DNA of 63,259 bases from a virus. Taxonomy: Duplodnaviria; Caudoviricetes. The notes below the pieces were generated by a model. It had not been told where the DNA came from and did not search any database. It saw nothing but the letters and a program-made list of their open reading frames with translations. Numbering within the stretch: the first letter of the stretch is position 1; the number at the start of each line of letters is the position of its first letter. This document shows, piece by piece, positions 16,293 to 26,616 of this stretch. The translations under genes were made by a program, and so were the position numbers. The DNA lies in IMG/VR virus record IMGVR_UViG_3300025108_000002, positions 1-63,259 of that record; one strand, given 5' to 3'.

Positions 16293-16438
16293 TATATTAA
16301 TTTTTTACAAACACATTCCGCTACAGGACAGTCTTTTACGTTAACAATTAATTTTGAAACTAACCAGTTCCATTTACACATTAGCTTACACCAATAAGCC
16401 TGCATCCATAATCCTAATCTTACTAATAATTTTCCCAT
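16292..16438 (-). CDS. Small Cys/Trp-rich protein (48 aa)
   Basis: MGKLLVRLGLWMQAYWCK...CPVAECVCKKLI; TAATG coupling to the holin-like gene. Confidence 0.6.
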   Translation of the reverse strand: MGKLLVRLGLWMQAYWCKLMCKWNWLVSKLIVNVKDCPVAECVCKKLI

Positions 16439-16441
16439 AGT

Positions 16442-16621
16442 TTATATTTTTTTACAATCATTAACTGTTTCACCTGTTCCGCTTGGTGATGGCTTAGTGC
16501 CAACTTTTTTATATCCGTCCCAACATTTTGAATTCTTAGAATTAGCACCTTTGAATTGTGTAGGTGCAGAGTATTTCATTTTGTAAGGTGATTTACATTT
16601 TGTTTTTTGTAACGCGCTCAT
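16442..16621 (-). CDS. Small protein with CWxGY...C motif (59 aa)
   Basis: CWDGYKKVGTK...VNDCKKI; ATGA-coupled to the giant gene. Confidence 0.6.
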   Translation of the reverse strand: MSALQKTKCKSPYKMKYSAPTQFKGANSKNSKCWDGYKKVGTKPSPSGTGETVNDCKKI

Positions 16622-19600
16622 TTTTTGTTTTTCTTTTGTAGTTCAATTATTTTTTTAACTCTGTTTTCTTCGTATTTTAATGCCTTTATTTCTTTTTTAG
16701 TTAATCCTAAATCTAATAGCATTGTTTTTTGTTCAGCCGCAGAAGTTTCTTTTTTCATAACGTTTATTTCTTCTATAGCTTTTTCTTCTGCTGAAAGCTC
16801 TTTTCCTTCACCAACTCCATAATAAGGTAATCCAACGTCCCATGTGCTCCAACCTAATCCTAAAGCTATTTTTTGCCAAGCTTTGGTTTGATCGCTTAGT
16901 ATATTTCTTAAAGCGTTTATTTTTACAACAGCCTCGTCTGTAGGTATGTTTGTTAAAGCAGATATAGTTTGAGCTACTGCTAAGTAAGCTGGATTGTTTA
17001 AATGAATACCTTGTCTTTCTATGTCTTTTTTATTCCAAGAAAAAGTATTAGCAGAACTATTTAGTTTTCTTAATTTAGCTTGTATTGGAGGTGATATAGA
17101 AAATAAATCATCTACAGCTTTAGAATAATCGGAAGAGTTTTTACCCATTTCTTCAGCTATTGTCATTAAAGTATTTTTTAACGTAACAGTTAAAGCTCCT
17201 TGTATACCTAAACCTCTTACTTGAGAATCAAACATGCCATTTAAAGTTCTTGATATTCTCTGTGATCTTTTAGCTTGATCTTTTTCATCTGACTCATCAC
17301 CGTCAAACAACAGGAATTGTACTCCTTGTTGTAAAGCGTTAAACATAAGGTTTTGCACTGTAGAGTAATATACTAATTTAGATAAGTTTTCTTTATCATT
17401 ACCTCTTCTATTAACCAAGTCTTGTATTGCTCTTTTTTGTATTCTAGCATACTGCATTTGTGTGTTACCAAAAGATAATATTAATCTACCAGCAGCTGAT
17501 CTTTGTTGATCGCTAATCTTTGCGGCATTACTAGACTGCTGACTAGTTTCTGATATATCTCTAAAATCTTCAAAGGCTTGTTTCTCAGCTGTTTCAGGAT
17601 CCATACCTTGCTTAATAAGAGAATCATATCTATTTCTATAAAACGTTGCACCACCTGTTGCTATAGCAAAACTATCTGCGTATCTTGTAAATACAAAACC
17701 TTTGTTTAAAGCAAGAGCTATAAAGCCTTGTATTTTATTTTCTTTACTAGCAGCTAAATCAGCTATTTCAGATTCACTAATGTTTATTTTTAAACCATCT
17801 CTTCTAGATTTTAAGTAAGGAGAGTTTAATAAAAACATTACATCTTTCCAGTATTGTGGTTGATTAGCAACTGCTTTTGCAGCTTTTAAAGGGTTGTTGT
17901 CACTCCAGTTTACAAAGTTAACATTAGATATCATTTGTAATAAAGCTGATCTAGTGTTAAGGAACATAACAACACCAACGGAGTTATTTATCCAATCATA
18001 CCATTTCTCTGTAATAGAATCAGTGTTACTACTTCTGTTGCTACCACGTTTCATAGCATCTAAACTGTTTCTTAAAGCTTTAACATAACCACTTCCAAAT
18101 GCAGCTTCTAGTTTATTTATTATAGCGTCACTAAATATAATATCTACATTTTCTTGCCATTCTTGTAAATATAGTTTTCTATTAACTTTATTTATACCGT
18201 TTATTATATCTGTAGTTATAGTACCTGCAACCCAACCAGCGCCTGGTTTAGGATATTCTTTTCCTTTTTGAATTTTAATAAGCTCATCAGAAAAAACTTT
18301 TAAATCTGGATCAGCTTTTACAAAATCACTTAATCTTTTTAAATCTCTTTTAGATAAACCAGGTATTGTCATACCTTGTTGCCCCCATATATAAGCTCTT
18401 ATTGCGTGTTCAAATGTAAATTTACCTATACCAGTTTCTTTTTTTAAACTTTTTGGAAGTTTAGGAAAAGCAGCCTTTAATGCGTTATAGTCACTAGCTG
18501 CTGATATTTTAGCTGCATCAATTTCTATTTCAGCTCTGTTGTAGGGATCTAATACATTGTCTTTGAAGAAAGCCATTTGCGCATCACCTATTTTTCCTTT
18601 GCCTAACATTTTATATATTAAGCCAGTAAAATCTTCAGCAGAAGGTGGTATGTAAAAATTATATTTACCTTTTCCAGCTCCTATAGTTTTAGCTTTTGCT
18701 GCTGAGTAGTTTTTGTAAGCTTCAATACCTGTCTTTTTCTCTATTATATCATTCATAATAGTTGTAAAGTTATTTTGCTTACTTCTCATAGCTTGAACAA
18801 CAGTGCCTTTAATATCTAATGCATTGTAAACGTCACCTACAGCTTGAGTGTTTAATATAGCATCGTCACTAAAATAGAAGTCGTTGTAACCTTCAGCTAC
18901 TTTGCTTACCATCCAATTTGCCTTGGCTTGCGCCGCTCCATCTGCTAAACCTACTATGTTATCAAACTTAAGTGTTACACCTTCAGATTTTAACCATTCA
19001 AATATAGCTGTAGCTGCTTCTGGTGCTCTTGCTGTCAGTATAAATACATTTGAGTTACCGTATTTATCTACTGCTTTTTTTAGTTTATCAAATAAAGGTC
19101 CTCTTTTACCATCAACAACTTTATTAAAATCACTAAAATCAAACTCTGCTCCTAATGCTTCTAAATTACTATGTTCTAAAGCAAACTCTGTGGCGTTTAA
19201 TATTCTTATACCACCATTTGGCATTGTAACAACAATCTTACTATTAGTTATACCAACTGTATCGTCAAAATCTAAAACAGATATACCTTTTACAGGCGCG
19301 TTAGGATCTTGAGCTACTCTTCTAGCTTTATCGTAGTCATCTAATATTTTTATTTTATCAGCAACAGTTTGACTACGCATTACTTTTTTACCAAAAGTTC
19401 CGTCTATGTTTTCAGCAGCTTTTATTTTTAAAGGTAAAACTTTTGTTTTAAAGCTTGTAAATTCTGCTTTTGCTTCTGCCAAAGTTATTTCACCTGTTAA
19501 AACTTTAGTTATTAAACCATTAGCAAACTCACCTGCTATTGCTGCACCAGTCTCAGATTTTATATTTAATTTACCTACAAAAAACTCACCTATAGTCATT

Positions 19601-22600
19601 TTAGGTTTTATAAGTTTGTACTCAAAAGGGTTTGATGTATTGTTAGTACTATATCTTATCCAAGAAGCTAAACCATCTGGTAAAAAATCTAATTTACCTT
19701 GCTCTATTAAAGGTATTACAATTTCATAAAAACTAGCAGGCATAGATTCGTTTAAACCAAGTGGTTTTAAACTTAAGTCCTCATTGTATCTTAATCCGCC
19801 TTGAGCGTAAGACTTTTGTATAATTTTAAATTCAGATTCAACTTTACCTTTTATTGCAGCATCTAATAATTGCTTAGCAGCTTGAGTAGCTGGCATCATG
19901 TGTTCTTCTGTTATTTTAGTAACATCTATTTCACCTGTAATAGGATTTATAGGATAAAAAACAGTCGGTGCTAAAAACCTCAAAGGATGGTTTTGATCTG
20001 CGGCACTATCAGCTATAAATCTAGCAAAATCTGGAGCTGAGTCTGGGTTTTTCTTTATATAATCTTGTATAGAAACAAAAAGTTTTTTAAGTAGATCTAG
20101 TTTCTTTTTTATTAAACCAGGATCATCTATAAATCTTTCTATAGTTTTTTTGTTTAACACGCTACCTTTGTTACTATACTTTATTCTACCTATAGGACCT
20201 TTTTTTATTTCAGTAGATATAGCTGCTTGAAACTTAGGTACAGTATTAAAAGTTAAACTAAAACCGCCAGTCATACCTCTTTGAATAAGATATCCTAATT
20301 CAGGATTTAATTTAATAAAATCATCTATAGTATTAACAAACTTTCTACCTTCTGGAGTTGTTAAATCAAATTCTTTTTTAGGAACTCCTTTAGAGTTTAA
20401 AATCGAAGTTGCTATTTTAGTCAACAAAGGTAGTTCTACTGGGAAAACACCTTTTAGCCAATTTCTTTTAACTTCTTTTGATCTTTTAACTTGTGCTTTT
20501 TGTCTAGCTCCTTCTGCTCTTGTCTTAACACCTTCTGCTACTTGTTGATCAATAGCTAATTCAACACCTTTTAAAACTTGAAGTCTAGCTAACAACTCCA
20601 TAAAACCTTTAGCTGCTTGAGCCGTGCCTGATCTTGCGTCTTTAATATTACCAGAAGGATCCATTCCAAACACAGAATAAAAATAAGGTAGATCTAGTTT
20701 GTTTGGATCTAGTCTATATTGTATTTGATTGTTTACTTTTAAAGGCTTGCCATCTGGACCTTTTAATTGTATATAAAAAGCATCTAATAGTTTTTGAGCA
20801 AGCTTTCTACCTTCACCACCTATTTTTATAGGTTTACCGTTTTTATTTTTTATAGTTAGTATGTCAGCATTACCTTTTATTTGTTTTAATATAGATAAAA
20901 AAGCTGGTCCATTGTTTTTTATAAACATTTGTACAGGTGTAACTTCACCTTTACGTAAGTTATCTTTTGGGTTTAATATACGTGATACTGGTATACCTAG
21001 TTGGTCTGCTATTTGCTGTGCAGCGGCTTCTGAAAAAGGCTTTAAATCTTTTAAAGTTATTTTATCTAAATCTATGTTACCTAAATCTATTTCTGATTTA
21101 ACTATTTCAACTATAGATTCAATGTCAGGATTCTTCATAACCTTAAAAGGATCAACATCTATTGTTGTTGCTTCAAGCGAGTCTGATGTTTCGATTTCTG
21201 TAGTACCTTCTGATCCTCCATCTAGTTCACTTGTATTAAAAACTACATCACCAAGATCTTTTGCTCTTTCATATATTATGTCAGCTCTATTACCTAGTCT
21301 ACCTAAATAAGTTGTTACTTCAAACTCAGGATTATAACCTTCTCCTTCCTCAAATAAAGGCGTTGTTTTACCGGACCAAGACGCTATATCACCACCTATT
21401 ATAAGCTCAACAATAGCTTGTTTTATTCCGTTTTCATCTATTCCTTTTACACCTCTTCGTTCATAACCTAGCTTACCTTTTATAAATCCAAAATTTGCCT
21501 CAACAATTGCTTCAGCTGCAGCGTATTGCTCGTCACGTTGTTTTTGGTCTGCAGGTTTTTTTCTAACTATTATAACTAAATCTTTATTAGTTAAAATTCC
21601 TTCTTTAAACCCATCGTAAAGCTCAATGCCTCTAGGTGTTAGTTGAGATCTTTTACCTTTTTTAGCTGTAATAACAACTTCATCAAGAGTTCCCGCGCCT
21701 TCACCTTGCCAAACGTCGGCGTCCATTATACTATTTAAAGCATCGACAGTTAGTTCCCCGTTATTCCAAGCGTCTGCCATAGTTTGAAAAAACTGTAAAG
21801 CTCCATCTGGTCCAGAAAAATCCATATTAAAATCAGACTCAGTACCTGCTTTGATAGCGTTATTCACACCAAACCCTAGTTTATTCCATAGATTAAAACT
21901 AGACGCTTTTTTTATATTTATTCTTCTACCAGAAAGCTCCTCTAAAAACGCCATAACAACTTCATCTGCTTTAGATGTGTCAGCTTTTTGAGTTATTCTA
22001 GTATAAGCTTTAGGGTCGTTTTCTGCTAAATAATCTAGTATACTCTGAGCAACAGGTATAAATGCATCAGAGTTAGTGCTAAGAGCTTCTGAAGCTATAA
22101 CATGGTTTAATTCGTGAAACGTAGTTTCGCTAGCTTGATTAGCTACTGAATTTGTTTGACTCACCACAACATCATAAACTAATTTAGTATCACCATTAGC
22201 CGTTGTTACTGTTGATACAAAAGTAGTTCCGTTCATTGTACCGTCTTTTATACCTTTTGTAAATTCCTCTAGCTCTACTTTTGCTTCTTCTTCTGTTAGA
22301 TTGTTTTTAGGATCATTAACCCTAGCATCTAGCATTGCCTTATATCTCTTTATTAAATCTGAGTTGTTTCTTTCCAAAGCAAAACTCACATCTAAACCTT
22401 TTTGTTTTAAAGATTTTAAAAGATTAAGACCTTTTGATATATTAGCTTCAAACATGTTTGTTATATGAATCTGCTCTGCTTCATTAAATATTTGACTTTC
22501 AGAAGGGTTAATTACGCCACTTTTGTTTAGACTTGCAGCAGCTTCAGCTTTTAATGATTCTCTTTCTGCTTTTGGTAATAAATTAAATGTTTTAGTAAAA

Positions 22601-25497
22601 GCTTGAGTATATTCGTTTCTAGCAGAAACAGTGAGTTCAAACTCGATTCTTAAAGGCTCTAGTAATTTTTCTTTTGTAGCTCGGTCATAAGCTGGATTCT
22701 CATTTATTGCTAAAGCTTTAGCTTGTAGATCAGCTAAACGCTGCATAGCGTCGGAGTATATTTTAAATCCATCTAAGTTAATGTTTTTTAGCTTAGGTTG
22801 TAAATCTAATAATATACCTTCATTTGCTCTTAACAACCCTTCTTGCTGACCTAGCATGTCTTGTACTTGCTCTTCAGTTAAACCTTTTCTAATAGTTTTT
22901 TCTTTAAACCTGCTGTCATATAACGATGCTTCTATGGTGTTCCACAAAGCTACATTGTACTTAAACTCAGCATTCATTTTAGGTGTTGACAAGGCGCTCA
23001 TTATACCTCCAGCAAATTGAGGCGCTACATACATTGTATTTGCAAAAACTAAAGACATAAAACCAGCTTCTTTCATACCTGTAAAAATAGGTCTTCCATC
23101 TATTATATTCTGTCCTGCTTGAGTTAAAGCTACCTCACCTGCAACATCTAATGCTACTAACTTAGCATACTCAGGTAGGCCATTCATTCTTCTTCTTCCC
23201 CAAGCTTTTATTCCAGCTTCTAGTTTTTCGCTACCTACAGTTCCAGCCCATTTACCTTTTAATGCTTTAAAAATTTTCCAATTAGGCAATTGTCCACCAA
23301 CAAACTCTAATGAACTATACCCTAGCATTGCAAGATTCATATCATCAAAATCATACTGTCTACCACCGTTTAACATTTCGTTATATCTTTCTCCAGCGTA
23401 CATACCTCCAGAAGTACCAGACGCAACAGCCATGCCAAGATACGGGTTTCCAGTTACATAAGTAGTACCTATCATAGCGGCATAAAATGGAGCCATTTCC
23501 AGACCTTGATCAAACAAGTATTCACCCATATTTCCCAAGCTACTAAAAGCATTATCAAAAGTAGGTGCTTCTACATATCTTTCTTTTCTTTTATTTCTAT
23601 AATCTATAAAACTAGACTGTATTTCTAATAATTTTTTTTGTTGGTTTTTAATAGACATATCACTTTGTGGAGTACCGCTAGTCATATCTATTAAACCCAG
23701 TAATTGTTGTAATCCACCTAAAGCATAACTTGCTGAATTTATTACTAAATCACCTGGTTCACCAAACCCACCAAAGTATTTCTGTAATTGACTATAATTT
23801 CTTTTCAACCAATTAATTTCGTAAGAATCACTTACGTAATCTTTTTGATTGTTTATATATGCGGAATAATCTAGTTGTATATCTTCAAAACCAAACTTTA
23901 GATCTTTTTTATAAGAATTAACACCCTCTATTCTTTTATTCATTATAGTAAGAGTAGAATTGTATTTTTGCGATAATTCAGTTACGTCAAAACCATTTGC
24001 TTGAGCTGTTTTTATTTCTTGAGCAAGCTCTTGTAGTATTGATTTGTCTTGATATATAGCCGTAGTTAGTCTTCTTATATTGCCAGCCGTACTACCTGTT
24101 TTTAATTTTTCAAGTCTATCTTCGAAATCTAATCTTTCTTTTAGTTCTTTTCTTTTTATTGTCTCTCCTCTAAACTCAATTTGCTTTGGAAGTTTACCTT
24201 TATATATTTGTTCGTTTTTTCTAACTCTATTTAGAACAAAATCAAAAAACTTTAGTCTTTCTTCTTCAGGTAGATTTTCTAAAAAATCTTTTTTTAATTC
24301 ACCATTAGCAGAATCTATTTTTTTATTTTTTATAATTTCTCTAGCAAGACCATGTACTTGATCTATAGTTATAGGTTTAGAATCAACCACGCTTGAAGCT
24401 TGTTGTTTTAGGATCTGTCTTGCTCTATCTAACTCCTCTTCGTAAGGTTGAAATTGATATGAAGTAGGTGATCCACTTGATATGCCCGTTGTAGATGATG
24501 TTCCTGCTGAAAAATTTACTTTAGTTACAGGAGTAAAATCAATATCATTAACAAATCTTTCTATTTCAATCTCCTTTTCAGGACTTATAGTAGTGTCAAA
24601 TACATAGTTGTCATATTTTTCTTCAATAGAACCTATGTAACCAGTTCCTAATTCTTCAACTTCAGAATTTGCGTCTTTATGAGCTTGTATATACTCACTA
24701 ACTTTTGTGAAATTTTCAAAACCTTTTTTGTTATTTCTTATAGAGTTTCTTAGCTCTGCATGACTATATATATAACCGTTTATTTTGTACTTATTTTTAT
24801 TCTCAATAAGACCTTGAAGATTAACTTCATCTAAGTTTTCAGAACCCATAACGAGTTCTTTATTATCTTCTACTTTTGCTTCTGTAAATTCTGGTATTTC
24901 TATATCATAATCATCTACGTTAAAATCCGGATCTCCAATTCCTAATATTTTAGCTATAGTAGCTGTTCTAAGAGGATCACCTTCAGCGCTAGACCAATTC
25001 TCATCACCTATTGGTTTAGAGAAAAAAGTAGCACCTCCATTGTCGTTATATTCTACTTTATAAGCACCAGCTCCTAAATTATAAGTTTTATTTTGTTCAG
25101 GTAGATTTACTATTCTAGCTGTTTGTCTAGTTAGTTCGCTTCCAAAAGCTTCTAAATCAAATATTGTTTCATCACCTCTTTGAGTAAAGTATGATTCCGA
25201 TGTAGAATCTACCGATGTTGATTCCGTATTTTTTTTGTCTGACTCCACAACAGGAATCGCATTCGCAGAGTCTTTTTCTTTTTTTGATGCTTCGTTTGTT
25301 TTTATAGCTGTTTCTTTAGTGTCATCTGAAAAATTATCCACATTTAAACTACCATCATCTTTAAATAAAGACTTATCCTCTTCTTTCTTTTCTAAAGGTT
25401 GATTAGCTAATTTCCACTCTTTTATTTTAGCTTTAATTTCTTCTTTACCTAAACCTTGCTCTTGAAGTGAAGCTACGTATTTTTGTAATTCGTTCAT
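16618..25497 (-). CDS. Giant multidomain virion/ejection protein (zincin, sigma-like, HAD domains)
   Basis: 2959 aa after the tail and ejection genes; HELNH, IVEANFGFI...YNPEFEVTTYL, EEHMMP, LDFDDT...ILTAR...FSDD. Confidence 0.8.
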   Translation of the reverse strand: MNELQKYVASLQEQGLGKEEIKAKIKEWKLANQPLEKKEEDKSLFKDDGSLNVDNFSDDTKETAIKTNEASKKEKDSANAIPVVESDKKNTESTSVDSTSESYFTQRGDETIFDLEAFGSELTRQTARIVNLPEQNKTYNLGAGAYKVEYNDNGGATFFSKPIGDENWSSAEGDPLRTATIAKILGIGDPDFNVDDYDIEIPEFTEAKVEDNKELVMGSENLDEVNLQGLIENKNKYKINGYIYSHAELRNSIRNNKKGFENFTKVSEYIQAHKDANSEVEELGTGYIGSIEEKYDNYVFDTTISPEKEIEIERFVNDIDFTPVTKVNFSAGTSSTTGISSGSPTSYQFQPYEEELDRARQILKQQASSVVDSKPITIDQVHGLAREIIKNKKIDSANGELKKDFLENLPEEERLKFFDFVLNRVRKNEQIYKGKLPKQIEFRGETIKRKELKERLDFEDRLEKLKTGSTAGNIRRLTTAIYQDKSILQELAQEIKTAQANGFDVTELSQKYNSTLTIMNKRIEGVNSYKKDLKFGFEDIQLDYSAYINNQKDYVSDSYEINWLKRNYSQLQKYFGGFGEPGDLVINSASYALGGLQQLLGLIDMTSGTPQSDMSIKNQQKKLLEIQSSFIDYRNKRKERYVEAPTFDNAFSSLGNMGEYLFDQGLEMAPFYAAMIGTTYVTGNPYLGMAVASGTSGGMYAGERYNEMLNGGRQYDFDDMNLAMLGYSSLEFVGGQLPNWKIFKALKGKWAGTVGSEKLEAGIKAWGRRRMNGLPEYAKLVALDVAGEVALTQAGQNIIDGRPIFTGMKEAGFMSLVFANTMYVAPQFAGGIMSALSTPKMNAEFKYNVALWNTIEASLYDSRFKEKTIRKGLTEEQVQDMLGQQEGLLRANEGILLDLQPKLKNINLDGFKIYSDAMQRLADLQAKALAINENPAYDRATKEKLLEPLRIEFELTVSARNEYTQAFTKTFNLLPKAERESLKAEAAASLNKSGVINPSESQIFNEAEQIHITNMFEANISKGLNLLKSLKQKGLDVSFALERNNSDLIKRYKAMLDARVNDPKNNLTEEEAKVELEEFTKGIKDGTMNGTTFVSTVTTANGDTKLVYDVVVSQTNSVANQASETTFHELNHVIASEALSTNSDAFIPVAQSILDYLAENDPKAYTRITQKADTSKADEVVMAFLEELSGRRINIKKASSFNLWNKLGFGVNNAIKAGTESDFNMDFSGPDGALQFFQTMADAWNNGELTVDALNSIMDADVWQGEGAGTLDEVVITAKKGKRSQLTPRGIELYDGFKEGILTNKDLVIIVRKKPADQKQRDEQYAAAEAIVEANFGFIKGKLGYERRGVKGIDENGIKQAIVELIIGGDIASWSGKTTPLFEEGEGYNPEFEVTTYLGRLGNRADIIYERAKDLGDVVFNTSELDGGSEGTTEIETSDSLEATTIDVDPFKVMKNPDIESIVEIVKSEIDLGNIDLDKITLKDLKPFSEAAAQQIADQLGIPVSRILNPKDNLRKGEVTPVQMFIKNNGPAFLSILKQIKGNADILTIKNKNGKPIKIGGEGRKLAQKLLDAFYIQLKGPDGKPLKVNNQIQYRLDPNKLDLPYFYSVFGMDPSGNIKDARSGTAQAAKGFMELLARLQVLKGVELAIDQQVAEGVKTRAEGARQKAQVKRSKEVKRNWLKGVFPVELPLLTKIATSILNSKGVPKKEFDLTTPEGRKFVNTIDDFIKLNPELGYLIQRGMTGGFSLTFNTVPKFQAAISTEIKKGPIGRIKYSNKGSVLNKKTIERFIDDPGLIKKKLDLLKKLFVSIQDYIKKNPDSAPDFARFIADSAADQNHPLRFLAPTVFYPINPITGEIDVTKITEEHMMPATQAAKQLLDAAIKGKVESEFKIIQKSYAQGGLRYNEDLSLKPLGLNESMPASFYEIVIPLIEQGKLDFLPDGLASWIRYSTNNTSNPFEYKLIKPKMTIGEFFVGKLNIKSETGAAIAGEFANGLITKVLTGEITLAEAKAEFTSFKTKVLPLKIKAAENIDGTFGKKVMRSQTVADKIKILDDYDKARRVAQDPNAPVKGISVLDFDDTVGITNSKIVVTMPNGGIRILNATEFALEHSNLEALGAEFDFSDFNKVVDGKRGPLFDKLKKAVDKYGNSNVFILTARAPEAATAIFEWLKSEGVTLKFDNIVGLADGAAQAKANWMVSKVAEGYNDFYFSDDAILNTQAVGDVYNALDIKGTVVQAMRSKQNNFTTIMNDIIEKKTGIEAYKNYSAAKAKTIGAGKGKYNFYIPPSAEDFTGLIYKMLGKGKIGDAQMAFFKDNVLDPYNRAEIEIDAAKISAASDYNALKAAFPKLPKSLKKETGIGKFTFEHAIRAYIWGQQGMTIPGLSKRDLKRLSDFVKADPDLKVFSDELIKIQKGKEYPKPGAGWVAGTITTDIINGINKVNRKLYLQEWQENVDIIFSDAIINKLEAAFGSGYVKALRNSLDAMKRGSNRSSNTDSITEKWYDWINNSVGVVMFLNTRSALLQMISNVNFVNWSDNNPLKAAKAVANQPQYWKDVMFLLNSPYLKSRRDGLKINISESEIADLAASKENKIQGFIALALNKGFVFTRYADSFAIATGGATFYRNRYDSLIKQGMDPETAEKQAFEDFRDISETSQQSSNAAKISDQQRSAAGRLILSFGNTQMQYARIQKRAIQDLVNRRGNDKENLSKLVYYSTVQNLMFNALQQGVQFLLFDGDESDEKDQAKRSQRISRTLNGMFDSQVRGLGIQGALTVTLKNTLMTIAEEMGKNSSDYSKAVDDLFSISPPIQAKLRKLNSSANTFSWNKKDIERQGIHLNNPAYLAVAQTISALTNIPTDEAVVKINALRNILSDQTKAWQKIALGLGWSTWDVGLPYYGVGEGKELSAEEKAIEEINVMKKETSAAEQKTMLLDLGLTKKEIKALKYEENRVKKIIELQKKNKK

Positions 25498-25502
25498 TAA
25501 AT

Positions 25503-26606
25503 TTAGTTTAATTCGTTATCGTCTAAAAATTTTTGTGCTTTAGCTTTTTTAGCTTCTGCTAAATCAAACACAGCCGCGTCTTCTTTTACGCTTGGTATTT
25601 GATTAGTCATAAACTCTTTTAAATAATTATATAAAAAATATTCTTTATATTTTTTAGAAAATAATACTTTTTTATCTTGTTTTAATGGAAGATCTTTTTC
25701 ATAAGACCAAGATTTACTACCAGCATTAGCGTCTTGAACCATTTGATCGTCTTCATCAGCTGTAGATCCTTGACCAATATAAACATTCCAAGCAGCAACA
25801 GCATCTTGTTCAGAGCTTAATAAACCAGAAACCTCAGCATTTACAAAAGGATCTATTTTAGCTGATATTTTCTCTATATCATATTTTAAAATATTCCTAC
25901 CTTTTCCATTACCAAGATCTATTATTTCGTAATCTGGCTCACCTTCTTCGTTTAATAATATAAACTCTTCGTTAATTTTAGCGCTTGGTAATAATTCTTC
26001 TTTTTCGCTGTCTATCATTTCAGCTGCAAATAAACCAACTTCAGTCAACAGTCTTAGCATGTCTTTGTTTATATTTGGAGTTGACACAACTAAAGAGGTG
26101 TCTGAATCTACTAAACTTTTTAAAGTATCACTATTAACTTTAAAGTCTTTTTTAAAACCTGGACCACTAAAAATTATTTCTTGACTACCATCTTGAAGTA
26201 GATTTAATTGAACGTTATAGCCATCTGTTTTAGAAAACCCTGGACGCTTCTTTAATATACATTGAGCTACTAAAAAACTATAATCATTATTAACATCATA
26301 ATTATCATCTTCCGTAGCTTCTAGTTCTGCATTTAAAGATTCCATAAACTCTATAGACTTTGCTGGAGCAGCTTCTAATTGTAACAACATTTTATTTTCA
26401 AACGTACAATAATCATCTTCACATTGGTTGTTTTGTATAGCTAATTTAAGCTTAGCGTATAACTTTCCAGTTTCTTTATAAGCGTTGTTAAACAGTCCAA
26501 AATCTGAATCATTAGCTGAAGCTACATACTCTTTATTATAAGCCATAACATCACTTTGTAACATTTGCTTTATAACAAGATTCATGGTTATATTTTCGTT
26601 TTCCAT
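25503..26606 (-). CDS. Putative internal virion protein
   Basis: Acidic 367-aa ORF between the ejection-like gene and the giant gene. Confidence 0.6.
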   Translation of the reverse strand: MENENITMNLVIKQMLQSDVMAYNKEYVASANDSDFGLFNNAYKETGKLYAKLKLAIQNNQCEDDYCTFENKMLLQLEAAPAKSIEFMESLNAELEATEDDNYDVNNDYSFLVAQCILKKRPGFSKTDGYNVQLNLLQDGSQEIIFSGPGFKKDFKVNSDTLKSLVDSDTSLVVSTPNINKDMLRLLTEVGLFAAEMIDSEKEELLPSAKINEEFILLNEEGEPDYEIIDLGNGKGRNILKYDIEKISAKIDPFVNAEVSGLLSSEQDAVAAWNVYIGQGSTADEDDQMVQDANAGSKSWSYEKDLPLKQDKKVLFSKKYKEYFLYNYLKEFMTNQIPSVKEDAAVFDLAEAKKAKAQKFLDDNELN

Positions 26607-26616
26607 TTTTTAATTT

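Noticed and set aside
16625-24361. + strand ORFs opposite the giant gene, and similar antisense ORFs at 4566, 39565, 44601, 51865, 52924 and 57362
   Set aside because: Ser/Phe/Leu-rich antisense shadows of real genes with no leaders or motifs
16618-25497. Virion RNA polymerase as in crAss-like phages
   Set aside because: No DFDID/NADFDGD-type catalytic motif was seen; the DFDDT present has HAD context (TAR, DD)
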